64,000 nucleotides of DNA from Octopus vulgaris (Eukaryota): contig OX597817.1 in assembly GCA_951406725.2 (NCBI GenBank), forward strand, positions 127,224,001 through 127,288,000. The letters run 5' to 3'. Position numbers and translations under genes: made by a program. Each line of letters starts with the position of its first letter. Positions within the stretch are counted from its first letter, which is position 1. The notes under the pieces were generated by a model. That model did no database searches, was not told the DNA's origin, and saw only the letters and a program-made list of their open reading frames with translations. Of the stretch, positions 42,973 through 54,949 are shown piece by piece.

Positions 42973-44318
42973 CTGTGTCTGTGTGTGTGTGTATAATATA
43001 CACATATGTGTGTGTGTAGGCGCCTGCGCGGTTGTGTGTAGTTTTGCGCTCCACTTTTGAACTCGATGATATTCGATGGTAATCATCAATTGGATGTGTA
43101 AGTGTGGTTTTATATCTTTCCTTTCTCAACCTTAACTTTCCCCTCTTTCACTCTCCGAAGGATCCAGTTTTATATTTCTTCAGAGGTGTCAACGGCAGAT
43201 TACAAATCTATTTCAGTTGTGTTCGGTTTGTTGGCGTCCCTCATTTAATTGCTGCTTAAAGCTTGTTTAAGAACTTTATTTCCCTGTCACATGTTTTACA
43301 TAATCATTCAGCCATAAATGACATCTTTTGCCTAACCTCCTCTTTCCAACTAATAATGTGATGCGAGGCTTAGCGTCAGACTAATTAAAATGTTTTGGCA
43401 TGTTATCAGAACAGCACAAATTCGCCAAATAGATGATTTTACAGAGGGGATATTGACTTCATTCAAAATGCATAACATATCTCGCTAACAGACGACAATT
43501 GCATAGAAGAGATTCAGTAGTAGCTAGCCGCATCTGAAAGCATATATTAAAGCAAGCATAACGTACATGTTTTCACTCTTTATATTCATTGTATTTACAT
43601 CACATTACAATGATTTAACATTGCTAGAATCCAACAACTAATGGATTAATCGTAACTGTCAATTTCCTTATTTAGACAAATATCACTATCTTCAGGTAAC
43701 ATTTGCATAGGCAACCTACCTTCTGTGTTTAAATAACGAAACTTTATTTTCAGCAGATTAAATTCGTTCACACTTCTCTTTGGAGAACGAATCTTCTTAA
43801 GTGGCAGACGTTGATTCTCCAAAACACTGACTTGTCTCTGAATATCAAAGAAATCGTTGTGATTTTCTGTTTCGTCTCCGTTTGAAAATACACCATAAGC
43901 TTCATATTTATATTACTTATCCATGCACCATGATCTGAAATCTTATGAACGGGGCATCACGGTGTAACAGTTGAGCAAGAACATACCATATTGCGACGTA
44001 ACCACTGTAGTCGAAGATTACACCAAAGACATACCTGTTTACCGATACTGCCGAATATTTTTATCAGCAAATATTCAGATCCTAGAAGTATATTGTAGAA
44101 TTCCATAAGTAATTTATCATCCCTTTCCTCTTTTCCATCATAGAAATAGATATAATTCTCAGTAACTTATTCGATATGATTAATATTATGATAGTAAATA
44201 ACACGCGTTTATGATAATGGAAATTAACCACTGCCATTTCAAGCAATTTGACAATTAAGAAAACATTGGAATGTTGAGATATACCCAATTTGATATAGCA
44301 GATATTATATCCGTGTGT

Positions 44319-44395
<77 letters not shown>

Positions 44396-46133
44396 TATAT
44401 GCGTGTGTGTATAAGTGTTATAAAGCGAGGAATTATTGGAAAACTTTCTGCAAATACCGACATTGATAGCATATTTCTAATGAACTGAAAAAAATCTCCC
44501 ATAGTGTGGCTCTTATACAGGACTAAAGGAGTGTTGTCACTGTGGCTGGCGGATTTATTGGTATCTTTGATGGAACCCAAATTCTAAGACCATACGAAGC
44601 CATTCATTTTACAGACGGAGTTCAAGACGTCCGAACTGTAGCTTTGCCTTTCAACGCTCCAAGACCAAAGAAAATGATATAATCAGTCTAGTACAGGAGT
44701 TGATGTAATCGACAAACTTCTTTTTTCAAAGTTATAGACTAGAGACTATAGAAGATTGGCAGGATCGCAAGAGCGTCGATCAAAGCTATTCGTGATATTT
44801 ATCCCGATACATATCCAGCCCTGTTCAACTTTTTTTTTCATCAAACTGGGATTATGAAATACCAGTACTGTGGTCGGTAATATCCATAAATTCTTTCTAC
44901 AAAATTGCTGGCTTCGTGCCAAATATTTGTTGTTGTTGTTGTTGTTGATATCTTTGCTGTTCGGGCAAGCTTGACAGAATCGTAGAGCATTAAAATAAAT
45001 CCTTTTGAAGCATTGCACCCTTTTATTTTCCTAACAGAGTTTTAAACTACCGTCTTGCAACAATTCGATGCATACACCCCTATTTTTAATATGCATTTAG
45101 TTTTCTCTGGTCGTAGTTATATATTTGTGTGTACCAGTCTGACGTGGGTGATTATTTTCCGAAATATCTTTCTACTACAATATAATATGACTTTAGGCGG
45201 TATTGTTTCCTTCTTTCCTCATTCACACTTCCAACACTATTGTCGTCATGGTTATTGTTACTGCCGTTTTTTCGATTATGGTTAACAAGCTGATTACGTA
45301 TTACATTTAATTATGTACTTTACGTCGTTATTAAATAAGTGGGCAAAAGTAAAAGTCATGTATAGCTGCTTCAATTGCCACTATAGCTCTGGATTTCCTC
45401 AGTATAAAAATTTCCAGTAAGCAGTAGAGGGCCGTTCTGCTCGCTTTCAAGGGCATTCCTTTGAGCGTAGAATAATTCTAGGCAGCATGTGTTCTAGGTC
45501 TTTATGTTATGGGAGTAAATCCTGCCTAAGTTGATATCTTCTTCCATCCTACAATAGAGTTAATAAAATAATTTGGCCGCCAAATACTGGATTCGATGCT
45601 ATTGATAACAATTATTTGTGGTATTACCATAATTCGGTTATGATAATCATCGTCCGTAAATTAACTTTTCCAATTTCTTTTTCCTGGCTACCAGGCGAAT
45701 TTAATATCATTTTTCATTTATTTTATTTTATTTTTTTTTTTGTATTTTCATCACTTCAGTGTTTTACTCATTTAATTTTACTATTTTTATTTTATGAGTG
45801 TCAATATAAATTTGCGGTGTTGCTTCTTCAGTTTTATTCTGGGAGAATTTTTTTATTCATTTCTCTTCTTTAACCCTTTGTGTCGTCCGCCAACACAAAG
45901 AATTTTATTCTAAATGATTTATGTGTCAAAGTTTTGACAGCAATCAAAAATAAACAAAATCGAACTAAATATTGACTGTTCCTCATAAGAAGTGCGTGTT
46001 ATATCATTTTTTATTAGCTTGTGAAAGAGAAAAAAATTGGGGTTTTTTTAAGTTTTAAATCATATTTTTATGTTATATTTGATTTGACAAAAATCTGGCA
46101 ACTAACCAATCTTGCAATTCTTTCTAACAAGAC

Positions 46134-46917
<784 letters not shown>

Positions 46918-47128
46918 TGTTGTGTGGACACCTCCAGACGATGAGTAGGCTAGCCCAATACGTAGATATAGAGGGAGAAGTCTAGACGAAAGTGTAGCAG
47001 TCGGAGGTAGAGAGTCGAGTAGAGTAGAGATCATCCGAACGTGCGACATAACGATGGCGACGAGGATTTCGCAGCTCACGCAGCCACTGCGTAGTATTGC
47101 GATATAACAAATAATAATGATGATGATG

Positions 47129-47187
<59 letters not shown>

Positions 47188-47188
<1 letters not shown>

Positions 47189-47644
47189 GGCTACAGCAAA
47201 TATTCTGCTCAATACCACAGATTTGCTTGTCAGTTGTTTGACCTTAACCAGTTGAGCATGTCCCTTAGTGGCTGACGATATGTGCATCTCTGATCACGAG
47301 CAGAAGTAGTGGGGGAGCATCATGGCCATGTGTTGGGGGGATTCTTTGGGGTTTGAATAATTCACCTCTGGAAACATGGGTGGTTCTTTCAACATCCTTA
47401 AACAACCCTTATTCAGAGACCTTTTGAGCGGGATGGGCTACTCAACCTGAAGACAATTATAACTGGGCCCCACCTGCAAGGTCATGTGCTGTTTATCTTG
47501 ATATGAGATCTACATGTCGCGCACATATGGTTGTGATGCATGTGCCTGGTTTACCTTTATCAGACGGGTAGTCATGATGGGTATATTGGGCTTCGTATAT
47601 TTTACCCCAGTGTCACTTTGATGGCATGCACTGCTCTCTCACTC

Positions 47645-47645
<1 letters not shown>
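47188..47645. mobile_element. unclassified interspersed repeat flanked by (AAT)n, with a second diverged partial copy at 47795-48055
   Basis: Both copies share CCACCTGC.AGGTCATGTG.TGTTTATCTTG...TCATGATGGGTATATTGGG...GATGGC.TGCACTGCTCTCTCAC. Confidence 0.7.
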
Positions 47646-47697
<52 letters not shown>

Positions 47698-47698
47698 G

Positions 47699-47755
<57 letters not shown>

Positions 47756-48053
47756 TATAATTATAATAATAATAATTATAATAATAATAATAATCCCTGG
47801 AAAAGTGTTTCGTTCATCATTCTTAAAACAACCTGATTCAGAGACGTTTGAGTGGGATAGGCTGCTCGATGTGAAAATAATTTCAAGTGGGCTCCACCTG
47901 CGAGGTCATGTGTTGTTTATCTTGGTATGAGGTAACCATAATACGCGCATGTGCCTGGTGTATCCTTATAAGATGGTTAATCATGATGGGTATATTGGGT
48001 CTTGTATATTTGTGTCCCAGAATCACATTGATGGCGTGCACTGCTCTCTCACA

Positions 48054-48063
48054 TGATGACGAC

Positions 48064-48129
<66 letters not shown>

Positions 48130-48218
48130 GATGATGATGATAATGATGATGAAGACTATGACGACGATGATGATGATGATGATGATGATGAGGAGGAGGA
48201 GGAGGAGGAGGAGGAGGC
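48054..48218. repeat. (GAT)n/(GAG)n trinucleotide repeat
   Basis: Directly visible. Confidence 0.95.
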
Positions 48219-48295
48219 GGAAGAAGATCCAACAATTTAAAGTAACGTTCATTTTTTTCTGATTACACAGATCACACAGAAGAAAAATTCCTAAT

Positions 48296-48432
48296 ATTAT
48301 TTACATTATTTACATATAATAGATATTTGTCCTATTCTTGTTTCGGCTGATATACGCTCTAGCCTTCATCAGGTGTCTTCCGGAAATTTCGAACCGTGGT
48401 TACCATTCCTAAGGTATTTTTTAATGTTGTTG

Positions 48433-48466
<34 letters not shown>

Positions 48467-48549
48467 CATTATTATTATTATTATCATCATTATTATTATC
48501 ATCATTATTATTATTATCATTATTATTATTATCATCCTTATTATTATCA

Positions 48550-48618
<69 letters not shown>

Positions 48619-48689
48619 TCACTGTCTGGAATCGAACTCGGAATCTTGGGGTTAGTAGCCCGCGCTCTTACCTACTACACCGTAAGCCC
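48296..48689 (-). mobile_element. tRNA head / (AAT)n / hammerhead-tail element, copy 1
   Basis: Minus strand head GGGCTTACGGTGTAGTAGGTAAGAGCGCGGGCTACTAACCCCAAGATTCCGAGTTCGATTCC has A and B boxes. It is followed by (AAT)n, then GACAC-CTGATGA-A-GGCT...AGCC-GAAAC at 48340-48372. Confidence 0.8.
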
Positions 48690-48691
48690 GT

Positions 48692-48775
48692 GAGCATATG
48701 GTGTAGTGTTTAACCCCAATTTTCCGAGTTCGATTCCAAGCTGTGAACTGAATAATAATAATAATAATAATGATG

Positions 48776-48830
<55 letters not shown>

Positions 48831-49018
48831 CAACAACAACAACGATAAATACCCTAGGTATGGGGAACCAGGTCCGAAATTTTCCTAAGACACCTGATGA
48901 TGGCTGGAGGGTATATCAGCCGAAACGTGTTAACAACAAACAAGATGAGGGCAAATATCCGTCAAATGTAAATAATATAAATAATGTACATAATTCCTTA
49001 TCTCTTAAATATAGAACA
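48692..49018 (+). mobile_element. tRNA head / (AAT)n / hammerhead-tail element, copy 2
   Basis: Head GAGCATATGGTGTAGTG...CCGAGTTCGATTCC (internal deletion), then (AAT)n, then GACAC-CTGATGA-T-GGCTG-GAGGGTATAT-CAGCC-GAAAC at 48894-48926, then an AT-rich tail. Confidence 0.8.
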
Positions 49019-49369
49019 GAATTTCCTAAGACTTATATTTCTCCTGAAACCCTTCTACAGCCTAGTCTCTTCCCAATAACACGAACATCTATCCTCCCGC
49101 TACATCATCACATCATTCTTTCAATCATGAAAACCACCATCGCCATCACTACCCTCATGTGATCATTTTCGTCATCGTAATTGCCAGTGTCACTTCAGAG
49201 TTCAGTCCGTGTTAGTCGACCTGCCGTTTACCATCAGTAAGTCGTTATTTATTATCCTTCATTATAGCTATCCTGTATATTACAGCTGTGCATTTTATAC
49301 TAGCATGTAAAGCGCCATTCGTAATGTCGGATTTGTTTAAATAAACATGACGTTACCTATTTATATAAT

Positions 49370-49586
49370 TATTGCTCTGAAATTTTCGAACAAGGCCGGC
49401 AAATTTCGCGGGAAGGATAATTCGATTACACTGTCCCCAGTATTCAATTGGTTCTTATTTTATCGACCCCGAAAGGATAAAAGTCAAAGCTGACCTTGAT
49501 GGTATTTGAACTCAGAACGTGAAGACGAACGAAATGTCGCTAGGCATTTCGCCCGTAGTGCTAACTATTCTGCCAGTACACCGCTT
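49370..49586 (-). mobile_element. SINE family C copy
   Basis: Similar to 53086-53316 (TATCGACCCCGAAAGGAT...TTTGAACTCAGAACGT...TCTGCCAG). Confidence 0.8.
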
Positions 49587-50442
49587 ATATAAATATTAAT
49601 AGCATTTTTCCCCTTTTGTACACTGGACGAAAATGAATGAGAAATTTGGTCTAATATTCATATTCGTTCAGCTGTGTATGGAGTGAAATCTTAGTCATTA
49701 ATCGCTTTCAAAGTAAGAACTAGTCATGCAGGGGTGCCAATTTAAAAGCAAATTTATTGCTTCCTTACATATATATTTTTCTTCCACTTATTAACCATTA
49801 AGTCGGACCGAATGACTACTTAATTACTCCTCAGATGTGTTTCCTCTTTGATTATACATCTACATTTGAGGAAGGGATTTAAGGATAAGTGATTGTTAAA
49901 ACCACAGTCAATCAAAGGATTACTATTAAACTCGTTCTATTATTTAATATTTCTTGAGTGATGCATACAGGCAGTGATCATTATTCTTTTCTAGTCGCTA
50001 TTTAATATTCTGTCGGGAATGAACGAAATATCACAAAGTATTTAGTTTCCCAAAAGTCACTCAAATCTTTGAGACATACCTGCTTGCAGTATTAGACTAC
50101 TTCGAAACAAATGTTTACTGAATACAGTACCAGAACTCTGCAGTCTCGTGTAAGGACAATAGTGTACAAAGTCTGTATCTGACATTCATTTTGAATATAA
50201 AATCAGGTAGATTAGCTCTGACAATGTCAGAGCCGCTGCTGCCAATCTTGTATATATTTTACAAAGGTTGCAGTTTAAAATAAGCAAACTTTTCGTACGA
50301 ACACCAACCAACCTATTCACAATTGAACAAATTAGATTAAGACAATATCTATTATTACTAGTAAATAGTTAAATTACCTTTTAATGAAACTCAGACTAAT
50401 AAGAGACTGCCTCTACCACAATCATAAATAGATAATACTACG

Positions 50443-50483
50443 CTGCATTGATAAAGGGCAACAACCCTGAAACATGACTGCAG
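50443..50483 (+). ncRNA. minimal type-I hammerhead, copy 1 (cleavage triplet mutated to GAC)
   Basis: CTGCA-TTGATAA-AGGG-CAACAA-CCCT-GAAAC-AT-GAC-TGCAG. Confidence 0.7.
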
Positions 50484-50801
50484 ATGTCTGACTAACAAGG
50501 TGAAGCGGCTGACCTCCCCTGTTCGAAGGTTTAATGGATGCAGGTTCGTGTGTCATATAGCTAGCTAGAGGCGATGGCCTCTTGGAGCTAATCAGCGAAA
50601 GCTTTAGTCTTATATTTATAGACTACCATATAAGTATGGCGATAACTATTAATATCCATAACGCTGCTGTAATCTCCTTTAGAGAGACTTAGTAATTTTA
50701 ATATTTCTATTACTGAAAACAAGTGGATGTATTCCACTGTAACTAGGTAAATAAAATCTTCGAACAGACGGTCAGTAGCGACACCTTCGGGTCTGACTAC
50801 G

Positions 50802-50842
50802 CTGCATTGATAAAGGGCAACAACCCTGAAACATGTCTGCAG
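50802..50842 (+). ncRNA. minimal type-I hammerhead ribozyme, U3-A8 variant, intact GUC site
   Basis: CTGCA-TTGATAA-AGGG-CAACAA-CCCT-GAAAC-AT-GTC-TGCAG. Stem I is 5 bp, stem II is 4 bp, stem III is the palindrome ACATGT. Predicted cleavage is after C50837. Confidence 0.8.
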
Positions 50843-51068
50843 ATGTCTGACTAGCAAGGTGAAGCGGCTGACCTCCCCTGTTCGAAGGTTGTAATGGACG
50901 CAGGTTCGTGTGTCATATAGCTAGCTAGAGACGATGGCCTCTTGGAGCTAATCAGCGAAAGCTTTAGTCTTATATTTATAGACTACCATATTAGTATGGC
51001 AATAACTATTAATATCCAGGAACGCTGCCGTAATCTCCTTTAGAGAGACTTAGTAATTTTAATATTTC

Positions 51069-51109
<41 letters not shown>

Positions 51110-53085
51110 TGTGACAGAGCATATGCCTATGAAACATCGTGTTACCATCGATAAGAAAAACGAAAACCCGGATGCCCTTTCATCGAAACCTCCCCTGATA
51201 TTTATAGTGAACCATACGCCTTGTTCATATCACCATCATAAGTCAAGTGAAGTGTGATTGGCCCCTCAACAGTAAAAGTAATAATTAATCAGGAGAATAC
51301 ATAATGTAAAAATTATTTTTCCTAGCGCCAGTGAATGAAGGGGTAATTTTCTTTTTACAAATTTCATATGTACGATATATTAAATACAAAAACACATTAT
51401 AATCATAATCTCATATCAATAATGCTTCCACTTTACTGCTATATGTATCTGATATATTAATACAAATATAAGGTTTCAGCATCACAAAAAGAGAGCATGA
51501 TTATGGCTTCTTAGATTGAAAATTCAGAGGAATTCACTATTACATCATATTTCAGATAAGTCAATGTTTTGTTAGATTACAGACAGCAAAAATCAGTGTC
51601 ACACCACTGACAACATTTTTGTTATTCATTCGTGATGGATATTTATACGCCTCACACACATGTACATACACATAACTGTTAATTTGGATTCGGGTTTGAC
51701 TTAAAATACGTCATTGGACTCTTAACTTAAGGTATATTTGGACATGTGTTCAAAAATATTACATGTGTCATTCACTCAGTTTATTTGCCGATGTGAAATT
51801 TGAGCTCATTTCAGCAACATTATCTCACGCTTACTAGTGACTTGTATGTGTAAAAGAAGTCTCAAATGTTATGACCGTTGTCTTTGTTTAGCCCCCGGAG
51901 TGGATCAAAATTTAATGCATCCCAATACTGAACGGGTTGATTTCCTTCGGGTATACTGCTAAGAGAAAATTACATAAATTATCTTTCTCTTTCCAAACGA
52001 CTATGATTTGACGAAGATTTGGCTTCTGAAACTAGTTGGCCTTCAAGATTAATGGCCTAAATATTAGTGTGTTTTTCTCACGATTATAGATTTCTTGGTT
52101 CAATATCTGGACTAAATATGTATTTGCTTCTTGAGTAAGGTACTTCATTTACATTGATCCAGTCTAATCAAATGTAATCAGAACCAGTCGGGTGCCGTTG
52201 CAACCGTCACTCTCCTCCGCTTTCACACTTTGAGTGCTCCGCTGGGGTCAAGGTCCGACAGTCTGTTTGTTTCTGCTCTCAACAATATAGGAACCTACAA
52301 GCATTAATAAAATTACAGGACAATACGGTTGGATGTAGTGTAGATATTGCATTTCTTCCTGACATTGTTTGCATAAAAACTGATATTTTCATATAAGCTA
52401 ATAGTATTAACAGTGTTGATGTTATATATATTCAACAAGTGTTTAACCTCGATTTTTTTTCTGGATACTCAATCCGTATATTACGGCACATGGTGCATGC
52501 TCTCACAAATACATGATAAATAGAGAAGCAATTGAATGAAAACAACTTAGGTTATCCCTCGATTCAAAATCTCAAGCTCCCCAACAATTCACCGTGCATT
52601 TATTTCAACAAAGGAAACGATGGGGCGAATACTGCAGTCATAGATCAGAAAATAGTTATATTGTTGAATGCCATTAAGTATAGCTCTGATAAATGTTTAC
52701 CTCGACAAAAGTACAAGACAAAACCGAGCTGGTTAAGCGGCGGTTAGTCATATGTAAATACTTAGATATTGATGAGTATCAACATATAGATAACTAAATT
52801 TAGTGACAGAGTGGTCGGGAGAGAAAAGTGTATTTTGTTCTCCATATATGACTTCCTATTTCTTAAGCCAAATTTTCTGCAAGAAAAAAAAAATTGAAAT
52901 AACTTAAGGTCAAACACTAATCTAACTTTACCACAAGCTAAAAGAAAATCCGATGGCGCAACATTCAGTTAAAATTGCACTGGAGAAACTACAATGCCAA
53001 CATAAGTAGAACAATAAAACAAATTGATACGCACAAAATTTATTGTTTTAAGACAATAATTTTATATTTTAAAAAAATGTATATT

Positions 53086-53316
53086 TTTCTTTATTGCCCA
53101 CAAGGGGCTAAACATAGAGGGAACAAACAAGGACAGACAAAGGGATTAAGTCGATTACATCGATCCCAGTGCGAAACTGATACTTTATTTATCGACCCCG
53201 AAAGGATGAAATGCAAAGTCGACTTCGGCGGAATTTGAACTCAGAACGTAACGACAAACGAAACACCGCTAAGCATTTCGCCCGGCGCGCTAACGTTTCT
53301 GCCAGCTCGCCGCCTT
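53086..53316 (-). mobile_element. tRNA-derived SINE family C, well preserved
   Basis: Minus strand AAGGCGGCGAGCTGGCAGAAACGTTAGCGCG...GAGTTCAAATTCC (A and B boxes). The central TTTCATCCTTTCGGGGTCGATAAAT resembles the Meta/MESC SINE domain (from recall, unverified). Confidence 0.85.
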
Positions 53317-53914
53317 TTTTTCTTTAAATGTATATAAAACACTATTTTTAGAGGAAATAAAATCTCAAAATAGCTATGTAAATAATGGGTTGAAAGTCCT
53401 TGGGAATAGAAGCCCAGCGCGGGTAAGTCAAATCTATATCTCCTATATACCTGACAGGTATATACAGTTGGATCAAAGCAATACTTTGGATTTCTCTATT
53501 TTCGTTCGACTTTCTATATCTGTTACGGCTGCTACAGCTGTTATTACACGCCGTTATTTATAGCTTTATTTGTTTTGACTTCACTGTCCATAGAGAGACT
53601 TATTTCCCGTTCTCGCAGGTTCTAAATTCTTATGACCACATAAAAATTGTTTTAGTGTGTTCTGACATAATACAATAAACAAAGAAATGCGAATAAACCA
53701 GCTCTCTCGTGAGTGGGAAACCAAGCAAAATAGCGTACGGTGAGAAAGTTATCGTCTGCTTATCAAAAGAAATATCACTCACGTTGCACGAAAATGTTGT
53801 TCACTTCATTCTTGCGCATACACATATATACATACATACGTACACATATATGTGTGTGCGAGTATATATATCTATCTATCGCTATGTTGCCCATCACTAT
53901 ATCTATCTATCTAT

Positions 53915-53991
<77 letters not shown>

Positions 53992-54116
53992 TATATATAT
54001 ATATATGATTATCTCTATATAATCGAACATACATAGAATTATATGTATACAGACATATTCCAATTTACAAAACAAATATACGAAAGCATTTATATATGTG
54101 CGTATATATGAATGTT

Positions 54117-54168
<52 letters not shown>

Positions 54169-54310
54169 TACATACACACACATGTATATATATATGCGTG
54201 TGTGTGAGTGCACATACAAGTTATATTATGCATACACATACTTATCAAAACATTGATATTCACAGATACACTTGCACGCGCGCGCATATATAAATTCAAA
54301 TGTATGTGTG

Positions 54311-54892
54311 TATATAGCTACTACATATTTGGAAAATTCTCTCTATGGGTGCGTTTGTGGAGTTGTTAACTAACTCCTCCTACATTGTTTTATCGATTTT
54401 GATGAAACTTGACACGTGGGTAGAATTCATGTCTGGAAACCTCATGGCATTCTGAGATTCTTGAAAAAGTCGACTACAGGGCCCATAGAAGCAATGCTTA
54501 TATATAACTAATATATTTCATTTTAGCAGCCAAGTGAAATAACCAATTAACCCAGATTTTAACAGCCAAGGGAAATAATCCTTTCATTTTCCTAAATCAT
54601 GTCTTACAAATCGAATTGAGTATGCTTATTTCCAAGCAATTGAATTGTTAGAGTTATTTTCGCAATTTATTCGGTACAACGCTTAAACAATAGTATTTTT
54701 CTAAACAATATATCCACTTATTTCGGTTAGTGACTTATTCACGAATATACCAACGCTAGCGCCGCAGGAGGGTAATATTCTCTGGGAACGCACAGAAGCC
54801 CTTTTCGGGGCTACATTATTTGCATACTCACTATCAGGCAACTAATTTCATGTTATTACGTAACGGACTTCACTACCGGGTATGTCAGCTAG
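54311..54892 (+). mobile_element. non-autonomous Helitron-like element (second family)
   Basis: Ends in CCGGGTATGTCAGCTAG|T and contains ATCGATTTTGATGAAACTTG. An inverted homologue at 57771-58486 starts with A|TC. Confidence 0.65.
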
Positions 54893-54905
54893 TATATATA
54901 TATCT

Positions 54906-54940
<35 letters not shown>

Positions 54941-54949
54941 CTATCCGAG

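Larger units (their letters stand above)
50437..51073 (+). mobile_element. partial tandem repeat (359-bp period) with a hammerhead in each unit; retrozyme-like
   Basis: 50437-50712 is duplicated near-identically at 50796-51073, with an ~83-bp unique spacer, and ends in (TA)n. Confidence 0.88.

Noticed and set aside
43745-43885. Candidate exon after TTATTTTCAG
   Set aside because: No recognisable protein similarity. It cannot be supported without RNA-seq.
48615-48689. Possible tRNA gene with ACT anticodon
   Set aside because: The acceptor and T stems pair poorly and it is part of a repeated composite element. Treated as a SINE-type head.
50437-51073. LTR retrotransposon or CRISPR interpretation of the direct repeat
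   Set aside because: No TG...CA ends, PBS, PPT or TSD. There are only two long repeats, and the context is eukaryotic.
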